Below are positions 57,049 through 64,000 of a DNA stretch of 64,000 nucleotides, in pieces. Under the pieces are notes generated by a model. The model was not told the DNA's origin. It saw nothing but the letters and a program-made list of their open reading frames with translations, and did not search any database. Within the stretch, counting starts at the first letter, position 1. Each line of letters opens with the position of its first letter. Made by a program: the position numbers and the translations under genes. This stretch comes from Candidatus Latescibacterota bacterium (GTDB taxonomy: Bacteria; Latescibacterota; UBA2968): NCBI GenBank assembly GCA_038279365.1, contig JAYODI010000003.1:38123-102122 (forward strand), read 5' to 3'.

Positions 57049-58893
57049 ATGGCAACCGAACAAAAAAAGTCACCTTATAATTTTAAAGAACATGGTCTTG
57101 TGGCACCCGTGGGAATGCCTACTTGGGGGCCGAGTACAATTGCGACTGTGGATGAAAATGGTCGTCGCATTGTGTTTGTAAAACTTTGGACCGGAAAAAC
57201 GGCTTCTTATTTGTTTATTGATGCCGAGACGGGTGAAACGGAACAGGTGCATCCTGAGGGCGATGGTTGGGGGGCATATCAGGTGCTGATGACACCCTCG
57301 AATGTGATTTACGATACGATGGACAATCATTTGGTGGCCATTGACGTGGTGAGTCGACAGGTGCGAAAGGTGGGGGCAATTCCTTCTGGAATGGCATTGG
57401 GGTATGCTTTGGGTGAAGATGGTACTGTGTATGCAGGGATTTATCCAACGGCAACATTGGTCTCGTATAACCCCAATACGGATACGTTTACAAATCACGG
57501 CGCACTCAATGAAGAAATTTGGCCGCAATATCCACGCCCGTTGGGTGTTGATGAATCGGGGTGGGTTTATTGTGGTATTAGCATTCAAGAAATGCAGGTG
57601 GTGGGGTACCAGGTGGCCACAGGTGAAAAGCGGTTGTTGATTCCACAAGAAAAACGCCAACGTGGGAATACAGAAGGTTTTGTGGGCACAGATGGTAAGG
57701 TTTATATGCATGCAGAAGGGTGGGGATGGCACGAACTGTTGGGTGGAGTGGCAACGCCCATTGAAAAGCCACTGGTTGGGGCGCGTTCAACTGGCACAGA
57801 TACGTTTCCGGATGGTTCGCGTTATACACACGTAGATGTGGCAGATCGTATTTTGCATATTTTAGATGCAGGTGCTGACGAACCTCGTGAGGTGCATTTT
57901 GATTATGAAAGTGCGGGTGTGAACATTTACACCATTATTGCTGGGCCAGATGATAAGGTGCATGGTGCAACGGGTATTCCGTTGCGGATTTGGAAGTTTG
58001 ACCCAGAGACGGGTGAGATGGAGAACCAAGGTTTGGGCGGTAATCGTGGGCATATCAATCAGTTTGTACGGCAGGGAGATCGTTTTTTTGGGGCGATTTA
58101 TAGCTCGGGTGATGTGGTCGAATATGACCCACTTCAACCGTATGATGGTGCCAGTATGAAAGACAGTGTGAACCCACGTTTGGTTCATTCTGTTGATGAA
58201 GCCCGTGATCTTTATGGACGCCCCCATGTGGTATTGGCACACCCTGATGGGCGTCATATTCTTGTGGGGGGCAATGCTGCGCGTGTGATTTTGGGCAGTG
58301 GTTTGCTCATTTATGATGCCGAGTCTGAGGTGGGCACAATTTTGGATCGCACGGATTTGATTCCCGATCAGGGTATTAACGCGTTGGTGGCGCTGTCTAA
58401 TGGTGACGTATTGGTAGGCACATCAACCAAGCCGCCTACGGGTGGGGCTGGTGATGTGCCAGAAACAGCTGTGATTTATCGGTTGGATTTTGAGCGCCGT
58501 GTGATTGCCGAACAATGGCCTTTGCATCCTAACACACCTGCCGTGCGTGATATGGTGGTGATGTCTGATGGTGTGGTGTATGGTTTGGCAGAACCCAATC
58601 GGTTTTTTGTGTTTGATCCTGAGCAGGGTGTGTTTACGCATGATGAGGTGATAACTGATTATGGCAATGTCTCTGGTTGGCAAGCCCCTCGATGTATGAT
58701 CATTGGCCCTGATGGCCATATTTATGCGCTTTTTACAGAAGCGATTGTGTGTATAGACCCAAAGACGCTTGCACACAAAGAGATCGCGCGCCCGAATGTG
58801 CCTGTAACGTCGGGCATCGCGATTGTTGGCGAGCGGCTTTATTTTGGCAGTGGCCCTCGGTTATTGAGTTGTGCCCTGAATGTGGATGCATAA
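57049..58893 (+). CDS. Hypothetical multi-blade beta-propeller protein
   Basis: Repeated GxDGxVYxG/YDP blade motifs, no signal peptide. Confidence 0.6.
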   Translation: MATEQKKSPYNFKEHGLVAPVGMPTWGPSTIATVDENGRRIVFVKLWTGKTASYLFIDAETGETEQVHPEGDGWGAYQVLMTPSNVIYDTMDNHLVAIDVVSRQVRKVGAIPSGMALGYALGEDGTVYAGIYPTATLVSYNPNTDTFTNHGALNEEIWPQYPRPLGVDESGWVYCGISIQEMQVVGYQVATGEKRLLIPQEKRQRGNTEGFVGTDGKVYMHAEGWGWHELLGGVATPIEKPLVGARSTGTDTFPDGSRYTHVDVADRILHILDAGADEPREVHFDYESAGVNIYTIIAGPDDKVHGATGIPLRIWKFDPETGEMENQGLGGNRGHINQFVRQGDRFFGAIYSSGDVVEYDPLQPYDGASMKDSVNPRLVHSVDEARDLYGRPHVVLAHPDGRHILVGGNAARVILGSGLLIYDAESEVGTILDRTDLIPDQGINALVALSNGDVLVGTSTKPPTGGAGDVPETAVIYRLDFERRVIAEQWPLHPNTPAVRDMVVMSDGVVYGLAEPNRFFVFDPEQGVFTHDEVITDYGNVSGWQAPRCMIIGPDGHIYALFTEAIVCIDPKTLAHKEIARPNVPVTSGIAIVGERLYFGSGPRLLSCALNVDA

Positions 58894-58897
58894 ATAA

Positions 58898-58972
58898 AGC
58901 GGTATTGGGCCTGCGAGTTTTATGATTGTTGATCCCGATGGCAATCCTATTTTGATTGATCAACACGTGTAA
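58898..58972 (+). pseudogene. C-terminal relic of a VOC/glyoxalase gene
   Basis: Reads SGIGPASFMIVDPDGNPILIDQHV*, a VOC-family C-terminus, with no upstream coding sequence. Confidence 0.75.
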
Positions 58973-59009
58973 GTAAGATGACCGGCAAATCATATTTGGG
59001 GAGAAAAGA

Positions 59010-60212
59010 ATGGGTGACGTTGGACAATTGGAGCAACGATTAAAAACTGTGTTTGGCACACAGGCACAGTGTGAGGGGCCATTGATCGAAAGTGGTGCAG
59101 TGGTGCGTGTGACGGGTATTGATTTGTATGACCCGTTGAATGAAGATCAAGCGGGTTGTTTGTTGGATGCATTGAGTCAGTTTCGGGTCGTTTGTTTGGC
59201 AGGCCAAGATTTGGATCGTTTTTCTTTGGCGCATTTTGAGCGTTTTGCCAACCATTGGGGGGCACCTGTACCACATCCGAGCAATTTTTTACGCGGTGGC
59301 AAACCCGCACAGCGAGATGGCGACAGTGATGGCCCCATTGAAATGATTCCTTATGAGAATCGGCGGGTGGCTGCTGTTGACAAAACGTTTCCGGGACAGT
59401 TGCAATGTATGCCCCACGAGTCGCCTGCGGTGTTGGTTGTGACCAATTTTAGTGGGCCATTGGGAGATGGTGATGTGCGGGTGGGCAATGGGGGCTCATG
59501 GCATACGGATATTGAGTATGAGCCTTTGCCCATTTATGTGTCTATGTTTTTGGCGCATAAATCACCTGTTACACGTGATGCACCTGGTGGCACTTGGGTA
59601 GAAGCGCCCAATATGGATGATCCTAAGCCTTATTTGGAGGGGTCTGATGCAGAACTGATGCGGTTGCGCAAACAATTGCCATTAAATGGTGAGACGGCGT
59701 TTGCGGATACGGCTGGGGCTTTTGCGGCGTTGCCACCCCAAGAGCAAGCCTTGTTGGAAAAGGTGCAGTTGCGCCGACGTCTCAATGCTGGAGATGAAGG
59801 ATGGCTTGCCCCATTGGTGCGCACCAACCCGCGTTCTGGCCTCAAATCGTTTCACAGCCCCATTTGGGCCTCTCGACCAAGGGTGCGTCCACCTGTGGAA
59901 GTGGATGGAATGACAATGGAAGAATCGCGTGCGTTTTTAGATCGTTTGGAAGCATATGTTTTGCAACCGCAATTTCGGTATGATCACTTGCATGTGCCAG
60001 GTGATGTGACCATTTGGGACAATTATATGACCTTGCACAATTCAACGCCCGTCAAGTCGAATATCCGCTCAGTGGACGATGCCCGTTTGCTCTATCGCTT
60101 GAGTTGCAAAGGGGAACCTGCGTTGTCATTACCAAGACAAGATGCTCCTGAATGGCTTGAGGAACATATTAATGGTGGCTATGTAACACCCAAAGAGATT
60201 ATTGATGTTTGA
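59010..60212 (+). CDS. TauD/TfdA family Fe(II)/2OG dioxygenase
   Basis: WHTD, GETAFAD, PLVRTNP, GDVTIWDN...H...R. Confidence 0.88.
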   Translation: MGDVGQLEQRLKTVFGTQAQCEGPLIESGAVVRVTGIDLYDPLNEDQAGCLLDALSQFRVVCLAGQDLDRFSLAHFERFANHWGAPVPHPSNFLRGGKPAQRDGDSDGPIEMIPYENRRVAAVDKTFPGQLQCMPHESPAVLVVTNFSGPLGDGDVRVGNGGSWHTDIEYEPLPIYVSMFLAHKSPVTRDAPGGTWVEAPNMDDPKPYLEGSDAELMRLRKQLPLNGETAFADTAGAFAALPPQEQALLEKVQLRRRLNAGDEGWLAPLVRTNPRSGLKSFHSPIWASRPRVRPPVEVDGMTMEESRAFLDRLEAYVLQPQFRYDHLHVPGDVTIWDNYMTLHNSTPVKSNIRSVDDARLLYRLSCKGEPALSLPRQDAPEWLEEHINGGYVTPKEIIDV

Positions 60213-60266
60213 TGGGACGCTTAGATTTTTATAGATGTTCTGAATAGGACAGGGAGTGATTAAAAT

Positions 60267-61715
60267 ATGGAGACGCGCCCCAATATTTTGCTGATTGTAT
60301 CTGAAGATCATGGGCAAGATTTGAGCTGTTATGGCGATGAAAACGTAAAGACACCACATCTTGATACACTGGCGGATGAGGGGGTGCGATTTGCAAATGC
60401 CTATTGCACACAGGCGGTTTGTAGCCCTGGGCGTGCCAGTATTTTGACGGGTTTGTACCCGCATCAAAATGGTCAAATTGGTCTTTCTACGCACGAGTAT
60501 GCGATGTATAGACACATTCCGAATTTACCCAGTATGCTCAAACCCTTGGGATATCGCACGGGTTTGCTTGGCAAATTACATGTTAAACCCTTTGATGCAT
60601 TTCCCTGGGATTTGTGGTGGAACGACAGTGACCGGATTAGTTTTGGCAAGCGCGATGTTCATACCACAGCAAAAATGGCAAACGACTTTATTGCTGAAGG
60701 GGGTGACGCACCCTTTCTGTTGATGGTTGCTGCAAGAGATTGCCATCTTCCATTTTTGCGTCAAAGTTATGGTGTGCCCGAGAAACCATTAGAGGCCCAT
60801 GACGTACGTCCACTTCCATTTGTGGGGGTTGATACGCCGCGTATTCGAGAACACACGGCCGACTATTATAATTGTATGCAGCGGTTGGATGTAACGGTTG
60901 GGTTGTTGATGGATGTGTTGCATGCACAAGGGAAAGCTGATAACACACTGGTTATTTTTACTACGGATCATGGTGCACAATTTTCTCGAGGAAAGTGTAG
61001 TTGTTATGAAGGTGGGCTTAGAATTCCAATGATTGTGCGTTGGCCAGGTCAGATTCCTCAGGGTAAGGTGATTGATGCATTTGTGTCTCAAATTGATGTG
61101 TTGCCAACTGTCTTGGATGCGATCGGAGAGGATGTGCCTTCACATGTTGAAGGGGTATCTTTGTTGCCACTGATTGAAGATGCCTCCACGCCTTGGCGTG
61201 ATCGTGTTTATGCTGAATGGACAAGCTGTCATGCGCCGATCTATTATCCTCAGCGCGCTATTCGAGATGCGCGGTATAAATTAATTGTTACATATCGCTC
61301 TGATCGGCCTAATCCGTGTGCGCAGATTAATGCTGGAACGGCTACTTTTCAATCTCATGTTGCACCAGGAACTTTGCCAGAGGAAGTGGCTGGTGCAGCA
61401 GAGAATGTTCGCCTTGCTTATGCCATTTACGACAATCCACCCCCTGAAGAATTGTATGATCTCCAGAATGATCCTTGGGAATTTAACAACCTAACAGATG
61501 ATGCGTCGTATACATCTGTAAAAAATAGGTTGCGGGCAGAGCTGGTGGCTTGGCAGAAACAAACGGGTGACCTGTTGCATGATGTGGCTATGCAAGAACG
61601 GCTCAATGCAGAACATGATGACATTACAAAGCGTTATTACGAGGTTGGCGAAAGGGTGCCTGAAGGTTTTGCTTGGCCATATTTGAGTTATTTGGGTGAG
61701 GTGAAGCGCGTATGA
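60267..61715 (+). CDS. Sulfatase, N-sulfoglucosamine sulfohydrolase (SGSH)-like
   Basis: PNILLIVSED, CSPGRASILTGLYPHQNG, GKLHV, DHG, RAIRDARYKLI. Confidence 0.88.
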   Translation: METRPNILLIVSEDHGQDLSCYGDENVKTPHLDTLADEGVRFANAYCTQAVCSPGRASILTGLYPHQNGQIGLSTHEYAMYRHIPNLPSMLKPLGYRTGLLGKLHVKPFDAFPWDLWWNDSDRISFGKRDVHTTAKMANDFIAEGGDAPFLLMVAARDCHLPFLRQSYGVPEKPLEAHDVRPLPFVGVDTPRIREHTADYYNCMQRLDVTVGLLMDVLHAQGKADNTLVIFTTDHGAQFSRGKCSCYEGGLRIPMIVRWPGQIPQGKVIDAFVSQIDVLPTVLDAIGEDVPSHVEGVSLLPLIEDASTPWRDRVYAEWTSCHAPIYYPQRAIRDARYKLIVTYRSDRPNPCAQINAGTATFQSHVAPGTLPEEVAGAAENVRLAYAIYDNPPPEELYDLQNDPWEFNNLTDDASYTSVKNRLRAELVAWQKQTGDLLHDVAMQERLNAEHDDITKRYYEVGERVPEGFAWPYLSYLGEVKRV

Positions 61716-62173
61716 AAAACAAAGAAACCGAGTTTCAGGCTATCCCCATTTTAGGCAATGGTTTTCATGTTTGCATTAGCACGTCAAATTTTGAAAGATC
61801 TATTCATTTTTATCAGGCTTTGGGTTTTACACCCAAAGGACAGATTGGCGTAAAACGGGAAAAATTCAGCATGCAATATCTTATTCATCCTGAAACTAAG
61901 GCACTTATAGAAGTGATCTGCCACTGCGATAGAAAAGATATCCCTCAAACCGCACGTGAACGAAAAGATATTGTTGGTGTGAACCATTTTGGTTTTCATG
62001 TCAGTGATTTGAAGAAAACGCGCATGCAATTAAAAAAACTGGGTGCAGAAATAGTAGAAGATGACTCAAGAGGATTGTATGATTTTATTTTTGCCAAAGG
62101 GCCTGATGGCGAATTGATCGGTTTTGCCGAATTCAAGCAAAGTTTGGGTGAAGCTGAACATGAGTTGTTTTGA
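61712..62173 (+). CDS. VOC/glyoxalase family protein
   Basis: FHVCIS...FYQALGF, NHFGFHV, GPDGELI. Confidence 0.85.
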   Translation: MKNKETEFQAIPILGNGFHVCISTSNFERSIHFYQALGFTPKGQIGVKREKFSMQYLIHPETKALIEVICHCDRKDIPQTARERKDIVGVNHFGFHVSDLKKTRMQLKKLGAEIVEDDSRGLYDFIFAKGPDGELIGFAEFKQSLGEAEHELF

Positions 62174-62211
62174 GATTTGGTTTCTAAGTTGGTTTATGAT
62201 CTTAAGATGGG

Positions 62212-62688
62212 ATGGATGTTATGGAACACATAACGCTTCAAGTAAATGGGCAAAACCATATCTTAGATGTTGACCCAGAAACACCACTGATTTATGTGTT
62301 GCGCAATGATTTGTCATTAAAAGGTACAAAGTTTGGATGTGGGTTGGAGCAATGTGGGGCGTGTAAGGTAATTGTGGATGGAGAGGCTTTGCCTTCTTGT
62401 AAGCGGTCTGTTGCATCTGTGATCGGATGTGAAATCGTGACGATAGAGGGCGTGGGCACACGAGACAACTTGCATCCCATTCAAAAAGCATTTGTGGATG
62501 AACAAGCGGCACAGTGTGGGTTTTGTACGGCGGGGTTGATTGTGGCGGCTAAGGCATTGCTCGATCAAAACGTGAATCCGACAGAGGATGAGATTTGTAA
62601 TCATTTGGCCATTCACTTGTGTCGATGTGGCTCGCACGGTCGTATTTTGCGTGCGGTGAAGCGGGCTGCTAAGGAGATGGCGAAATGA
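62212..62688 (+). CDS. (2Fe-2S)-binding subunit of a xanthine dehydrogenase-family molybdoenzyme (IorA/CoxS-like)
   Basis: GCGLEQCGAC...SC, QCGFC...CRC. Confidence 0.93.
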   Translation: MDVMEHITLQVNGQNHILDVDPETPLIYVLRNDLSLKGTKFGCGLEQCGACKVIVDGEALPSCKRSVASVIGCEIVTIEGVGTRDNLHPIQKAFVDEQAAQCGFCTAGLIVAAKALLDQNVNPTEDEICNHLAIHLCRCGSHGRILRAVKRAAKEMAK

Positions 62689-64000
62689 GCGATATGGTGA
62701 TTCGCATTGAAAAGGATGAAACCGTTTCGGTGTTGATTGGGAAGTCGGAGATTGGGCAGGGGATTTATACGTCAATTGCCCAAATTGCAGCGGAAGAATT
62801 GGATGTGTCTTTGGGGCGAATGCGCGTGGTATCACCCGATACGGCTCATGCGCCCAATGGATCGTATACGGCAGGGAGCAATTCGATTCAGGGAGAAGGG
62901 CGCAAGGTGCGCCAAGCCGCAGCAGATGTGCGTTGGACGTTGTTGCAAAAGGTGGCAGATTTGTGGGGTGTGGATGTTTCAACATTGCGGGTGTCGGACG
63001 GTGTGATTTGTGATGGGATGCGAGAAACGACATATTGGGCATTGTTGGATGGTGAGGTGTTGGAGATGGGCGTCATTGAAAAAGGAACGCCTAAAAAAGC
63101 AGATGACTATGGTGTTGTGGGCGAATCGGTTGGTCAGTTGAAGCTGATGGATATTGTGACGGGGCAACCGCATTTTGTTCAAGATATGGATGTGCACAAT
63201 ATGGTACACGGGCGCGTGGTGCACCCACCGCGCTATGGGGCAAAACTGGTTTCTGTGGCGGACATAAGCGATTGCGTTGGTGTGTTGTTGGTGGTGCGCG
63301 ATGGCAGCTTTTTGGGTGTGGTTGCCCAACGTGAAGAACAGGCCATTTGGGCGGCAGATGTTTTGCGGGAAAGATGTGTGTGGGAAGGTGGGCAAGATTT
63401 GCCAAATGAAAAAGATCTCTTTAATCACCTGATGAATACATCCAAACAGAAGGCCCTGTTGGTGGTAGATGGCAAACCCATATCTGATGAGGTGCCGGAT
63501 GTGGTAGTTCCTGAAGGGGCGGCTGAGACCATTCAAACGACGTATTATCGCCCCTACCATATGCATGGTTCCTTGGGGCCTTCTGCGGCGTTGGCACATT
63601 GGCAAGAGGGGGCATTGACCGTATGGTCACATACGCAGGGTGTGTCGCCTTTGCGTGGGGCGTTGGCGCAGGTGTTGGATTTGCCCACAGATAGGGTGCG
63701 GGTAATTCATGTGGAGGGTGCGGGATGTTATGGGCACAATGGTGCAGATGATGTGGCTTTGGATGCGGCGCTGTTGGCTCGTGCGTTGCCTGAGCGACCT
63801 GTGATGTTGAAATGGATGCGCGATGATGAACATGCTTGGGAGCCTTATGGGTCTTGTATGGCGGTGATGATGCAGGGCAGTGTGGATGCTGCTGGTATGG
63901 TGATCGATTGGAATCACGATGTTTGGAGTTACACACATTCGGGTCGCCCTCGGGCGATGGATGGCGTGTCGAATTTGTTGTCGGCGTGGCATTTGGAACA
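62685..64000 (+). CDS. Molybdopterin-binding subunit (IorB/NicB-like), truncated by the window end
   Basis: ATGA overlap with the Fe-S subunit. MSDMVIRI...GKSEIGQGIYTSIAQIAAEELDV, TAGSNSI, YHMHGSLGPS, GAGCYGHNGADD. Confidence 0.9.
   Translation, partial: MSDMVIRIEKDETVSVLIGKSEIGQGIYTSIAQIAAEELDVSLGRMRVVSPDTAHAPNGSYTAGSNSIQGEGRKVRQAAADVRWTLLQKVADLWGVDVSTLRVSDGVICDGMRETTYWALLDGEVLEMGVIEKGTPKKADDYGVVGESVGQLKLMDIVTGQPHFVQDMDVHNMVHGRVVHPPRYGAKLVSVADISDCVGVLLVVRDGSFLGVVAQREEQAIWAADVLRERCVWEGGQDLPNEKDLFNHLMNTSKQKALLVVDGKPISDEVPDVVVPEGAAETIQTTYYRPYHMHGSLGPSAALAHWQEGALTVWSHTQGVSPLRGALAQVLDLPTDRVRVIHVEGAGCYGHNGADDVALDAALLARALPERPVMLKWMRDDEHAWEPYGSCMAVMMQGSVDAAGMVIDWNHDVWSYTHSGRPRAMDGVSNLLSAWHLE

Overview
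A gene-dense bacterial chromosomal segment with about 56 protein-coding genes, most on the + strand. The + strand is G/T-rich throughout. TonB-dependent receptor and lipoprotein genes indicate a diderm. The content is dominated by catabolic families: five Cys-type sulfatases, six PhyH-family Fe(II)/2-oxoglutarate dioxygenases (one fused to HEAT repeats), a TauD-family dioxygenase, a GH29 fucosidase, PL22-like and PL26-like proteins, several beta-propellers and hydrolases. This profile suggests a marine Latescibacterota/Poribacteria-like heterotroph, but that is inference only. Housekeeping genes include purT, nth, gnd, zwf, mnmA, pheA and an aminotransferase. I found no rRNA, tRNA, CRISPR array, transposase, integrase or phage genes. 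The most notable observations are: (1) a 76-79 nt non-coding element present twice (151-229 and 9115-9190) upstream of catabolic operons, with compensatory base changes in a hairpin and an embedded sigma70-like promoter; (2) a hybrid kinase plus a receiver-class III cyclase whose specificity residues look guanylate-cyclase-like (Q/C rather than K/D-T); (3) a secreted lipoprotein with atypical-kinase motifs; (4) two structured REP/MITE-like intergenic elements flanking a strongly C-depleted stretch; (5) two gene relics and a truncated molybdoenzyme gene missed by the ORF track. All product calls come from motif recognition, not database searches.
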